Assembly (NCBI GenBank): GCA_043228905.1
Contig: JBHGNT010000009.1
Location: 6,572,001-6,636,000, forward strand
Origin: Azolla caroliniana
Lineage: Eukaryota; Plantae; Polypodiophyta
Reading direction: 5' to 3'
Length of the DNA stretch: 64,000 nt
Made by a program: the position numbers and the translations under genes. This document shows, in pieces, positions 26,101 to 39,832 of this stretch. Below the pieces are notes generated by a model, which was not told the origin of the DNA, searched no databases, and saw nothing but the letters and a program-made list of their open reading frames with translations. Each line of letters opens with the position of its first letter. The first letter of the stretch is position 1.

Positions 26101-26999
26101 GTAGGGGAAAGCTAAAACCTTCATTAGTGTTGGCAAGGCTTTAGTTAGTTGAAATAGGTATAAAAAATTAATGCATGACTCATTTACCAATGAAATTATG
26201 ATTGACAAGCAGAAATAGGTTGTCATTAAACCTTTTTAGTAAGAAGCTTAACTTTGTTTTGACCCCAGAACAACAAGATAAAGTTAGGTGGAAAGATCCA
26301 TGTTTTTGTTGCTTGGGTGAGCACCTAATTATCAATTGTAACAAAGAACAAGGAATTTTTTGGCTAATGCCACATTTGCTTCCATGGGGGATATGCAAGA
26401 AATTTAGGTCTCTAACTAACTTAGATTCTAGGTTTAGAATAGTGAATGTGATAATTTAGAAGGATGATTCTAGTCATTCAAATAGCCCATTGTCACATTA
26501 AGGTCAAAGGGGATATCAAGTTCTTGACATTAAGATGGTATGCATAATGGAATTAATCAATTATAGGAAGGCCAACATGTATTGGTTTGTGGTGTAGTTG
26601 ATATGTTGTAGATTGTGCTGACCAATGCAAGCTTAGTTCTTATACATACATCCCTATGTACATATTTGCCAAATCAAATCTCATTGCACATAAAGCTTAA
26701 TACATAATTCACGCCCTTCTCACAAATTCTTGCAACATCTTGGTGTCCCCAAGGTGAAAAATTGGTAGGGGTGATGGCAATGATCCAAAGTGAGGACTTT
26801 TCAAGGATGATCAAACCTTCGGCGCGTTCCAACTACTTCCTCTTGATAATCAGCTTTCTACCCTCCGCTGCCAGTGCTCGGCTCTTTTCTCCCTTTCATA
26901 CTTGTCCTACGCGTCCCTTTTCGCACTTTATCCTTTGACTCCTTTCACACCTTGTCCCTTATGTCCCACAGATAACAACACGAACGCTAAAATATAGAG

Positions 27000-28050
27000 A
27001 TAATATGGAGATTGTGCAAGCACCGTGAAAGGAATGGTTGAGACTTTGAGTTGATTTCAAGGTGAGAACATCTCCAATTTTTTAAAGAGATCCAATATCA
27101 TCGAGATGGTACTACAAGTTGGGAGAAAGTCACACAAATAAAAATACATTGATTAAGTTATTATTGTTTACGTGCACAAAAGAATTATTATGCATCAAGA
27201 AGACCACATTTCTTGGTTCATGTGAGCAAACATTATTCAACGAATTTGGAATTTAGGCAAACATGGGAGCAAGTCATTTTGAACTTGACATGTTGATATC
27301 ATCGAGGAAAGGCTACAAGAGCATTACAATGCTACTCATTGAGTTCAAGCATCATTTTGCTCAACTCTTGGTGCAAGATCAAAGATTGGTGGGGATGAAT
27401 AAGGTGCTCTTGTTCTTGAAGTATGTCGATCAAGAAGAGAGAATGAAGTTTGATATTCAACTAGAAGACAATGATGTGGCAAATCATCTAATCAAGGATT
27501 GGGAGGATGTAAGAAGGAGATGCCACAACTATGAGAGGATATAACAATGAAACATGTTCGACACTATGAGGCAGTCCAAGGACATTGGGTTTACACATAA
27601 AGTTTGTTCATGTGTGTTTTATCAAGAGGAAAATGATAGATGCCAAGACCCAAAGACAACACAATTGCTAGTGAATTTCAACAACAAACAAGTCAAGGAG
27701 ACAATTTCAACAACATACAACAACTAAAATAAATGAAATGGGATCTCCAAGCAAGAGTACCTAAATGTTTGACATGGAGGGGATAAATAAGGGGGCACAC
27801 AAGATCCTAAAAAGGAAAATAGAACTCATTGAGAAAACTATAGCAAAGAAGCCAAAGCCAAAGCTACAAGGGGGAGAGGAGAGATTGCACACCTCCCTAT
27901 GGCAAAGTTACGCCCATGCATGTGAAAATGTGGTTGGACCATCGAGAACCGAAACCAAGGAAGAAGGATTTGATGGTCAAGTTCTGGAGTACATTATTCT
28001 TCTAAATGTCGGTTGTATATGGATGTCAATCCTCTTGGGATTTTGAATCA
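27000..28050 (+). pseudogene. Highly degenerate retrotransposon gag-like remnant
   Basis: Fragment EFKHHFAQL...KVLLFLKYVDQEERMKFDIQLED..NHLIKDWEDV resembles gypsy gag; many stops. Confidence 0.4.
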
Positions 28051-28519
28051 TGTGCAAACCAACTCCTTTATCTATGTGTTTGTTCTAAGTGACTTTGTGT
28101 GGGTAGATGTATACAAGTAACTAAGCTCGTGTATGCTTAAAGAGTGGTTATGTGGGTGGGTGTGTATGTTCATGTGTGTGCATACCTATGTGCTAATGTA
28201 TAAATGTAATTATGTATTCGTATTCGTATTCATAATTGTATCTATATCTATAGATCTATATATGTATTAGCATTGGTAGTTGTATCCATAGTATTAAGTT
28301 TTAACCATACGTACCATACGTGCATTCGCATTCGAGTATGGTAAACATCCTCGAAGTATGGTAAATACCATACTTTTGTATTCATTATTTATTATAAGGT
28401 TTTTTTAAGGTAAAAAGTGTAAAATAACATAAGAATGTTTTGGTAACATACACATTCGTTTGCATTCGTATGAAAAAAAAATCTTTGTCGATGCATTCGA
28501 GTGTATTACGTACTATGGT

Positions 28520-28730
28520 TGTATTTGTATTTGTATTTGTATTTGTATTTGTATTTGTATTTGTATTTGTATTTGTATTTGTATTTGTATTTGTATTTGT
28601 ATTTGTATTTGTATTTGTATTTGTATTTGTATTTGTATTTGTATTTGTATTTGTATTTGTATCTATATCTACATCTACATCTGCATTCATATTTGTATTT
28701 GTATTTGTATTTGTATTTGTATTTGTATCT
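28520..28730 (+). repeat. (GTATTT)n microsatellite within a GT/AT-rich low-complexity tract
   Basis: More than 20 perfect GTATTT units at 28520-28660 and further units to ~28730. Confidence 0.97.
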
Positions 28731-29431
28731 GTAAAGTTGTATTTGTGTGTGTACATGTGATCAAGGGCCCAGATACTAATGTGTAAAAGTCTATGGATGT
28801 GTTCGTGCATACCATTTCCATGTGTGTGTGTGTGTGTTAAGTATACGAATGTGTATGTAAATGAATGCATGTGTAATTGTATATTTGAGTAAGTGCGCGT
28901 GGACATGTGTGTTTGTATGTAAGTATATTTATATAAATAAGTATGGGTATTTGTATTTGTATTTGTATGCATATGAGTGTGTGCATACATATTAACATGC
29001 AGAAGTATGTATGGTTTGTTGTGCGGATATGTATATGTAAAAGTATGTGAGTATGTGTAAGTACAGTCGTAAATGTAAGGAGGTGTGCAAATGGACGGGT
29101 ATGGATGTGTTAGTATGTTGAGTACGTTAATGTATAGGAGTATCTACAAGTATGTTGATGTGTCTTAGATATTACTAATTTATGGAAAAGAGGTAAGTTT
29201 TCTATGTAAGCCCTCGTATTAAAGGCTCTCTTCTTTGCACTCTCGGTGCTGGAATGAATCAGCATTCATTCCAACAACGGCTATGACACTCTCTCCACTC
29301 CCTCGATGATTGAGCTCTCTAAGTGTGTCCTCTCACATGGATGTGTTCACTCTAGGGAGGGTTGGATCCTCTTCATGTTTTCTTCCCGAATTTGTGGTTA
29401 TTCACATACTCATCTTCAAGTTTCCCACTAG

Positions 29432-29928
29432 CTATGGGCTCAGTTTCGAGTCAAACCGAACCGAACCGTTAAGCCATAGTTTAACATTTTATCGGTTCTA
29501 AAATAATTAAATGGTTTGGTTTGGATTGGATTATCAATAAATAGTTTGATTTTAATTTAGTTTGGTTCTAAAAGTCGGGCTCGAGTTTATTGGTTTATAA
29601 GTTTACGTGGTTTGGTTTTTGGTTAACTTTTTTTGCTTTTAATGGTTTAGTTGATGTTTTTTATTGATTTACATAATTTAACTTAAATGCTTATTTAATT
29701 TAATGTATTTTTTTATTTTATTTTTAATTAATTTGACTTAAATGGTTAGGTTTAAATTTTTTAGGGTTTAGGTTTCAATTTGGTTCAACTTTTCCCTAAA
29801 TGGTTTTGGTTTAAATGGTTTGTTTTAATTGCTTGAGAGTTCATAAAAGGTTTGGTTTGGTTTTTGTTTTATATGAATGGTTCGGTTCGATTTCAAGGCA
29901 AAGAAACCAAACCAAACTAGGCCCATTG
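29432..29928. mobile_element. Degenerate hAT-like MITE
   Basis: Imperfect TIRs CTATGGGCTCAGTTT / AAACTAGGCCCATTG with AACCG/GGTTT subterminal repeats. Confidence 0.55.
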
Positions 29929-32900
29929 TTATTTCTCATTCTATTTCATTTCTGCCGCAATTCACATATTCTTCCACCATTGCCCTTTACTCCACAAAAA
30001 TGTGAATCTTGCTTGACTGTTGGGGTGTCGAGTTTCTCAAATTCCGGTTTCGTGGCTTCAACTCATGTCGTTCATAAACTTCCTTCACTCGTAACTTTCT
30101 CCGTGTTACCAATAGAATTACCTAAACGATTGCCACAAATTTACACAATTTTGGGTGCAATTCAGTGCTCAGTGATCCAATTTTTTGTTCTAGAGATTCC
30201 TAACATAAAATCAAAATCTTTCCCAAATACAAGTAATTTAAGATAAGAAAATTACAAATAATCAGGATAACTCTAAAAAGATTATAGTACAATAAACTAA
30301 GGATAAAATCCTCAACTTCGTTACATGGGGTGGCGAGATACAACTTCTAGAGAGAAGAAATGAATAAATTAAGATGATGTGAGGTCAAGGACTTGATAAA
30401 GTTTTGGGATGAGGAGATCCTCAAGTTTTAGCATAGCTGGCCTACGATCGATGGCCACACCGCATTTTCTTGTCATAGGTCTTCTATGCACCCTCTTGTC
30501 TTGTTATCTCGCAATAGTTTTGCTTGTCGATGAAGCTTGGCCCTAACATATCATACCAGTTTTGCCTTCGGTCAAACAATGGTTGTGTCTAGTGTTACAA
30601 AAAGATAACCCAGTATCTTGCTCTTCATTTTTTGAGGTTTTATCAAATTATGAAATGCATCAAGAAAAATATATTTAAAAGATTACCCATATTTTATGAA
30701 AGGATCGTAGTGCATATAGTGCATGGAGGCCATTAACTAAGTTTCAAAAAATCCTAAAACAAGGATGCATGTACGGTGTCATAAAGTGGCGTGCGCAAAA
30801 GAGAAAAAACACAGAGGTCCAAGTTTATAATAGATTAAGGGTTTGGACAAAGAAGTAGATTGAAGTGTATCTTAATAAAAGTCGAGCTAACAACGGAGTG
30901 GCGAGAAATGTCTACTTGAATGATAAGTTCAATGGTTCAAAGTTCAAACCTTGCTAGGGGAGATGAAGGGAATATGTGTCGTCCTATAATGCAAAAAACC
31001 AATCATTGAAGCAAATATGGATATGGCAATGAGTGTTTTGCTACCACAATTAAGATAAACATAGAAGCATGCTAAAGAAAAAGTGTTCGCTAAAAGAGGC
31101 ACCACTATTTTATCCAACAAGGAGCTTCAAAGTGTTGTAAAATGGGCAAGAGAGCTCATTGTCAAATAGGCATTTTTTGGAGATTCATGCTTTGACAAAT
31201 TTCCGATCATTGGAGTTTAAGGTTTCTAAATATTCTTCTTGAGAAGGTTGTGAGGGTTTGAGTGCAAATTTTGAACAAGAAGCTTTACCAGGGTGCCAGA
31301 ACCCACATCAACAAAAGGTAATGAAGTCGTTTGCATGTTGGTCATACCGAAACTTGCCTAAATTCTCTTCATCAATGTTTGGCCTAGTTATTCCTAGGAC
31401 TTTAGTTGTTTATTTTCCATACCCTTCAATTCATTGTATTGCTTTTTTTGGAGAAATTATAAGAGCTTTATTTTGATTTTAATGAACTTGGTTAATGTAT
31501 AAAGATGGTTTAAAATGTTCTTGGGTAAACAAGGTTCATGATAAGTTTTTCAGCTTGTAAATCCGACCATAGAGTAAACAACAAGGTGTCACGCTTAAAT
31601 TTTTAGGAGGTGAATTCAAATTCAAAGCTCCTAGCGATTTACTCTCTGCTAAGATGCTTACTTCACATGGGTCATGGCAAAATTTTCAATCATAAATACA
31701 ATCATCAAAGCCAAATTTACGATAAAAAGAGGAAACTACGAGCGATAGGATTCAAATGGTCAGAGAGAGATATTATTTTTAGTACTTTAGACATGAGATA
31801 CATTACTATTTGTGAGACATCTTGAACCGACTTATTTTTTGGCCAAAAATACATTCACTAAAACATTTTCTACAAGAACAAGTTTATCATGAAAGTGTAA
31901 TAAAAAAATATCCACATTTTTAAAAGTTGATGAATCATATTAGAAGTCGATAACATTTCCTATTGCATATAGGTCTACACACATGATTGAAAAAGATTTA
32001 TAGCTTTAGAATGTTCTTACATATCAACTTATGGTTGGACCTAATCCTCCAATATTTTGAATAACAAACATAGTGCATGCTAATGCAATGTATGAAATAA
32101 TTGTCCTTATACAACATATGTGAAACTCTAGATATCCCAACGAATAATTGCTTACATATTCGATTCTAGCTTTTGTATATAAACAAAAATAGTATATTGG
32201 TAGGGCTTTTATTTTGCAACATTAAGGTTGTTGATTAGAGTCTCTTGCAATAGGTTTTACGTTGTGTTAATACTTATAAAATCTCTTCGTAAACTTGGAT
32301 TTAGATTATGCATGTTAGTTGTTTATGGTCCTAAAGAAGGTTGGCTTACTACCTAGAGTGATAGTGAGATTATGATAACTTCTTAATATAAAGTCGCCAT
32401 GTTTTTACATTGTGGTGATAGGTTATTATGCATCGACATTCATTAATAGTTTTAAGATTGAAATGTTCTTTTCATCACAAAAGGAACATCCATCGTTATT
32501 TGATTGGAAACTGTAAAATTATTCTTTACGCAAACAATAATATTAAAACTACTATTCTTACAATCATTTTTTATTTGAAAACTATTAACAAGACCATTTA
32601 TATTGACCAATGACAACAATGTTAAATCTGTTTTTGTTCATTTTGAAATCTCAATTGTATCCTAGTTTATGGATATGGTAAGGATGCCTAGTACAAGATT
32701 ATTAAATGCATGCATATTGGAATGCATGATACCTTAAATTATTATTGCTCATTGTTCAGAGTGTATAGGTTTGTAGTTTATTTACGTCCACATGGAGTGG
32801 GTCTTATGTAGCATATGGGATTCAAGGATCTCTTGGCATATTCAAATTATGTTGACCTCATCTAGTTATTTGTCATTGTTGTTTATATATAAAGCTCAAT

Positions 32901-33269
32901 TAATCGAGACATTTCTTTCATGGTCCCAATTGAAACACAAGAAGTTGTTTCTCAATATAATTGTGAGAATAAAGGGATATATTTTGGTCACCTGTTTGAA
33001 TACATCCGAAACATGAAATAGGGTTCAACACATGTAATAAGGAATAGTATCATTTCTTTAAATTGAAACCCTTTGCAACTTACATTAATCCCAAGAGGTA
33101 GGGAAACACCAGACAAGATCGCAAGCTCTAAATTGCAAGACAATGAGACACCAACACAAAATAAGGCAATTCGAGTACTAGCGTATACTGGGCATAAATG
33201 GATTGTAGATCCTAATCCTATCAAAGTACAACTAGATTGACACATATGTACTCACGAAAACACATGGCT

Positions 33270-34740
33270 ACGTAAGGTTAGTTGGGACCCTTTGCAATGG
33301 ACATGGCATGATCCTTATGCGGGGCAAGAAAGCAAACCCATCCCTTTCTTTCAATTCACAACTAGATTGGGTCGCCATATTCTAGCTGCTCAAACCGCCC
33401 GAGAGCCGGCTGTTGCAAAGGTCTGGCACACATATCATGTTCCTCACGCAATTATCACCAAGTTTTGGTAGAAAATTTGGAAACAACAACACGCATGACG
33501 AATCACCACTTTCCAATGGCCATTAATACATAGGTCACTACCGGTTGGTGCATGGCAGTGTGGGAACCTTAGATTTCCTAATTGTGTAGCGTGCCCAAAT
33601 CTAATAGTATCAATCTAACACACTTTGTGGGACTGCCCAGAGTTCCATCGAATATAGCAGGGGGTTGGTCGCTTATTGCAATTACGCTAGGTGCAAGGCT
33701 TAATCAAGTGGGGAAATATATGTTGGCTATCATGGCAAGCCCCAATTGACAGATACGAGCATCAAGAGGAGGGGATGACTTTGGTGATAAAAGCACAAGA
33801 GGTTTTTTTCTCCACCATCGACAATGTCCACTCAACTCCTATTAATGCCAAATCTCAAGTTGTGTTGCAATTTTTTGGCCCAATAACTCTTTGGATTCTA
33901 TGGAAATAACGGTGTAGACGGTAGGGATCGACAACGGTTCGGTTTAGGCTTAGCCGGTTTGGCTTGGTCCAAGCCAAACCGGCTAAGCCTAAACCGTTTA
34001 CGGGATCTCAAACCTAAGACGAACCGAACCGAACCGGTTCACAAACCGGTTTCGGCTAAACCGGTTTGGTAAATGGCTTGGAAACCTCCCTCCCTCTCTC
34101 TTTCTCTCTCTCTCTCTCAGATGATCCACTATATACTATATAGTATACATTGTACAAGCTCTCCCTCCCACTCTCTCTCTCACGTCTGTGGTTTCTGACT
34201 CTCTCCTTATCTGTTGTCTCTCTCTCTCTCTCTCCTCTTATCTGTTGTCTCCCTCCCTCCCTCCCTCTCTCTCTCCTCGTCTGTGTAGTTCTCCCTCCCT
34301 CTCTCTCTCTCTCTCTTTCCCCTTAGTATGTTGTCTACCTCCCTCCCTCCCTCTCTCTTTCTCTCTCTCCCCCTCTCTCTAAAGTTTATAAACGGCTAAA
34401 ACGGCTTGAGTTGGTTTGGCGAGGCTCAAGCCAAGACAAGCCGTTAAGCCGTTTAAAGCCGGCTAAGCCAAACGGTTTAGGCTTGAGCCAAGCCGTTGTC
34501 GATCCCTAGTAGACGAGTCTTCTTTAACCAAACCGCGCAACCAATAGTGTTAATGCAAGAGATATGGAGTGAAGTTGTAGCCACTCTAAAGAGCCAATAT
34601 GATAGCCTCAAGGGCGACTCCGATGGAGTTGAAAGACGACGACTAGCCTTGATCCAACAATGGTCGTCCTCCCCCTTTATTGAGTCAGTGGGCATCCACA
34701 TAAGATGGACCTATCACATCCCTACAGGGATTTGTATATA
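33270..34740 (+). mobile_element. L1-type LINE ORF2 3' remnant (zf-RVT region) interrupted by a MITE
   Basis: Translatable fragments ITTFQWPLIHRSLPVGAW..CVAC..HTLWDCP and TLWILWK.RCRR|VF rejoin across the MITE TSD. Confidence 0.7.
33922..34508. mobile_element. hAT-family MITE (587 bp) with 16-bp TIR and 8-bp TSD
   Basis: TIR TAGGGATCGACAACGG at both ends. TSD GTAGACGG (33914-33921) / GTAGACGA (34509-34516). AAACCG/AAGCCG subterminal repeats and a CT-rich core. Confidence 0.92.
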
Positions 34741-37700
34741 TTAATCTCATACGTAAAAATTGATATGGAAGGAGTTGTTTTTTTTGGGAAAAAAAAAACT
34801 TACATATTGTCCATGATAGTATGAGCGTTGTGTATGCACCAACAAATTCCAAATGCATACAACGATTGTTATTAAGAACCCCTCTTACATACGTGATGTC
34901 ATCATGATCACGACAATGTAATGATACATATAATTTATGTGCAATGTTTTCAAATTCATGTATTTGTATTATATTTCTCTAATAATGGGAACATAATGAG
35001 TAGTGGATTGGTTAAAGTTATGTTCACTTTATGAATTTGGAATTTACTAATCTTCACGCTAATGTAAATGAATGTTCAATTTACAAATGAAGCATTTCAT
35101 AAATTTTTTTAAAGGGCAAAATCCCCCTATGTGATTGGACCATGGTTGTGTTTAGGAAAGCACATTTATTCGACAAACCGAGGAACCTTCTTCGTAAGCA
35201 ATACTTGATACTTTATAACATGAAAAAAATATAGGTCAAACAAGGAACAATTCTAGGTAGGCTATGTATTTTTCATTATGATATCACACCATATATAATA
35301 TGAGAAAGGAAGATTGGAGCATGTTCTTGAATATATGTTCTCCAGAAATGCATCCTTAGTGTGATTTTCGGTAATAAAAATCTATGTTCTAATGCTTTTT
35401 TGAGAAAGAAAATAGTCTTTCTTATCATAGGGCATACATAAAACAACACATGCATATAGATACAAAGATATTTATATATTTCTTTAACTTGGCGGAGGAG
35501 AATGGAAGAGGGAAAACACATGTAAAATGTTGAAACACAACTAACTTATTTTCCTCTTGATGAGGGGCTTCGATTGCAACCACAAAATGGTAACTCTCTT
35601 TACATATTTGGGGTGAAATAATACAAAAGATAACGAGTAGTTACATATGCCAACTTTGCCAGTGTCGGTTGATGAGCCTGCCATTACAGTGACTAATTAT
35701 ACATTTATTGACTTTATCATCCGTGTGTCCATGTATGAATGACAACTATGATTATGCTTGAATAAAAAAGGGGCTATATTTTGTTTTTAATGTTTATGCA
35801 AGCAAAATATAGATATCCCAATGTACAAGTAAATGATGACATATCCAAATGGAAACTTTAGAATCTCGAGGAGGTTGAGCAAGTGATAACATACTTTGCT
35901 TCCCATGTAAACCATTGTGGCCACAATTGCACTCTAGACATTGTAACATCCGAGTTCATTTGAAAATTTGTAATTTAAGGAAGCTTGTAGTTTGTAAGAG
36001 AGAATATATTCCTCATGTTACACCGAAAAGATTATTTTCATTTCATTTTGATTCAAGCAAACACTATCTATTTTCCATAACAATTGTTGAGCATGAAGCT
36101 AGGCCACTCAAATCGTGTTAAGTACAATCCCAAACAATGGAATGTAAAATGGATTAGCCTTTATGAGGAAGATTGAACATGTTTTTTATTATTCATCTTG
36201 CATGTAAAAGGAGTCCACGATTGTTTGCCTTTGAAACAGTATTTTGTGGTTTTCTCTTTAAACTTGATTGAAAGCAATAATAAAATTCTCATATAAAAGT
36301 GTGCTCTTCATGCATTAGATTCTCATTCAACTTTAGTTGTATTTCAAAAGTAGATCAATAGCCATTGACTAATACTCGTAAAGAAAACTTGCATGTGTTT
36401 TTTTCTTTCAAACCCCTAGAAAACTTCATGGAAAATGTCACATGTAGTTGTGCAACAATTCTTTTGTATTTCATTATCCAAATATTTTATATTTCAAACT
36501 CAAAATTTGATAGACAACATCCCTAAAATATATGGCAATATTCAAAAGTATCTTAAGCTAGAAAGGAACCATATAGAGAAACGAGGTACATGAGTTATTT
36601 TCCACCCAGATCAAAGTTAATGTCAAGCGTTTTTCTTTAGCTTTCTTGTTGGTTTGTTGAAACCTGAATTTCTCCGTAGTTGGGTTTGTCTTTCAAACAC
36701 AATGGAAATTTCTATGTGTTGTCTAAAGAATGGGTTATACCATATATACATTGTGGTTTTGTATAAAACAAATTAGCCCTTCATCGATTTTAGGAGAACA
36801 TCTTTCCATACCATTGGACCACTTGGATTGAGCTCATTGTATATAAAAAGGGAGGATATAAACGATATATTTGTCCAATAAAAAAAACAATCCACATTAA
36901 CTGAGTCGAGTGTAAGAAAACTAGTTCTACCATAGGTTTTTTGGGTTATCCGTAGTCGAATGTCACGCCTTTTCTTTTTATTGGTTTGTGGGGGAATATG
37001 CATAAATAAAGGACGGGATATAAAGAAAAAGAGGCTCTATCATCTCATAATGGTGTGTGAAATATGATGGTTCTAGAAAGACGCCTTTTGCACCCCAATA
37101 ACGTTTTAAAGAATTCGTGTTTATCAATATCCATGGTGTGAACACAATTACCTTATAAACAATATGTTATTACGTGCAAACACAGTGTGATGCTCTTTGT
37201 CTCTTGTTTGTTGAGGATTGGTCAATAATAGAAGTATTAATAGTAAATCATAATGAAAATATCCTTATATTTTTAATAAAATAGGTTGGGCATCCCTTTA
37301 TTATTTCATTCAATCGAATGGATTAGAGCTCAAAGTTTTTTTTTTAAAGATTCACCTTAGTATATTACTTGAAAACTGAACATCGAGAAAACATAAGGAG
37401 ACATTTCATCTCACTTCTATCGTGGTACAAACTCAAAGTTGATTACCACGTTACGTCATCTCCTACTGAACATCTATTTTTTGCATCTTGAATAGATCCA
37501 CATCATGATCACACTAATCCACTACCACAAATTGCTCCCACGAATAGATGACATTCTATCGGCTAATCTATGTGATTACAGAAAAGTCAATAAATTTAGG
37601 GTAAAAGAAAAAGACCAAATTTCTTGCCTAACTTCTATAACCATGGGAGCAACAACAAATAAAGAGGAGCTTCAAATATTGAAAAACCATGGGAGAGTTC

Positions 37701-38576
37701 AAGGGTTTCACATATGATGACAAGATGGACCCAAGACCCACATGGCATTAGATCATCATCTCACATGATTAATGTTTTCAACAAAAATAACATCTACATT
37801 AAAAATGCAACTTAATGTGGATGAATCACAAATAGGTATTAGATAATAGTTGTTCACATTAGTAGGAAGGCATTGCCCATGATTTTGCTTGCGATGTAGA
37901 GGAAAACCTACCCATGAAATATTTTTGTTGCTTCTTCAAGCAAAATGGAAGAGCAAGGGGCTATTGGCTAACTTTGTCAATAAAGGAAATTTTCAATATG
38001 AATGCAGTGAGGACATAGGAGCTTTCGATTGTCACATCTTGATGCCCAAATTGATCCATGATACATTGAGCCTTAGACAATTGCCTAGCTTGGCCATTCT
38101 CTTTGGATAAAAAAGAGAGTATTTGAGTTAGCATAGAGCCAAAATGTAAGCTAAGAAGACAAGATGGAAAAACGTGGGTATTTCATGTCAGTTATGAGAG
38201 TCGTAATGAACCCACCTACATGGGAGGAGGAAAACTGTCTACAACACGTTGGATGCCCCATGTGGACACTCTACTCTAACCTGAACCACGGAATCGTGGG
38301 ATGACAAAAGAAGAGCATTCAACCATTAAACATTTGGGAGGAGAAGTCTCTGAAATAACATGGCGGGATTAGAGGGTCGAAATGGTGGCCACGTTGGACA
38401 AGTAAGATCATCGACAATATTATGATAGTCAGAGACAAGGGGGGGGGGGGGGGGGCGTGTATGTAGTAAGGGCTAATGTCATTCGATGAGGAGAGGTGGC
38501 CCCTCTGATAGAGACACAAGCAAGGCATGCCTACCTGTTGCGTGGCCTCACATTCTTTGCCCATCTAAAATGATCA

Positions 38577-38615
<39 letters not shown>

Positions 38616-39627
38616 ATTTTCGATGATTTGGGTACACATCCCATTATTGCACGCAATTATCTCATGGGCCAAATTTGGTGTCATAGGTCATCTTTGACCT
38701 CCAAAGACGATAATATAATCTCTCGGCCTCTCTCCTGAAGAAGCGAAAATGCAAAGAACAACCAAACACCCTCGGATGTTGGGCTTCAAAGCAACTCGAT
38801 GTGGAGTAGAAATGATTAAGAAGATAAATGAACGTGAGCTACGCTGCCTAGAAACTATGATTGGGGTACCTCTTACATTGGGACCACAATCCACATCCAC
38901 ATCGAAACCCTTTGACCTCCTATTTCTTTTTGAGAGACTTGGATGGAAATGAAACTAGGCCTAGTATAAAGCCATTTCCTTATAGAACATGTTTTTTTAC
39001 TAGAACCATTTATTTAGCTTAAGCTCTATTTTATTTTATTTTGTTTTTATTTTTTCTTTCGATGAATGGTAAATTCCCCATTTTTGTTGTAAACCATTTG
39101 TCTCGTGGGCCAATCTATCTCTCTCTCTCTCTCTCTCTCTAGTGTGTAATCAGAACAAAAACAGGGGGGGGGGGGGGGGGGGGGGGGTAAAAAGATGAAG
39201 TGAAAGGGTGACCTTATTTTATTTTATAATACATACACATACATACATACATACACATACAATCATACATACATACATACATACATACATACATACATAC
39301 ATACACACACATACAATCATACATACATACATACATACATATATTGATATACATACATACATATATTGATATACATATATATATATATATATATATATCT
39401 TATAAATTTCTAATATTTGGGTTTTTTTTGACATAGTACTCTGTTTTTCTTTTCTGTTTTGTTATTGGGCACTTTTTATTTGTTTATTTCAATTTATCAG
39501 GACTGACATTCTCCTTCTCCTTCTCCTTCTTCGTCTTCTCCAAAGGCGTATTGGATCTACTCTTCCTTTGATCGCAAATCACAGGTATGTGTGCATAATT
39601 ACAACCATATTTCCTTTATTCCCTTCA

Positions 39628-39832
39628 GGTTAGGGTTGGATTAGGGTTAGGGTTAGTGCTAGGTCTAGGTAGGGATGGGGTTAGGGTTGGAATTAGGACC
39701 AGGCTTACAGTTAGGGTAATAATTAAGGTTAAGATCATAATTAGGGTTAGCCAGTTAGAGTTAGCGAAAGTGCCCTGGCCTAACATTTGAGCATTAAGAG
39801 CTACAACCCCAAAGTAACCCACTTAGGGTTAG
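39628..39832 (+). repeat. Degenerate telomere-like (TTAGGG)n tract in the probable 5'-UTR intron of the JmjC gene
   Basis: Repeated TTAGGG/TTAGGGTT with ~6-bp periodicity just after the donor CAG|GTATGT at 39584/39585. Confidence 0.75.

Noticed and set aside
28385-28990. ORFs with TN/VF/CI/LY repeats
   Set aside because: Artefacts of the (GTATTT)n microsatellite.
29248-29276. Hairpin GCTGGAATGAAT-CAGC-ATTCATTCCAAC as a miRNA or Helitron end
   Set aside because: The stem is too short for a pre-miRNA and no CTRR terminus follows at the expected distance.
30300-33250. Short ORFs in AT-rich intergenic DNA (also 34800-38400)
   Set aside because: No recognisable domains or splice-consistent gene structure.
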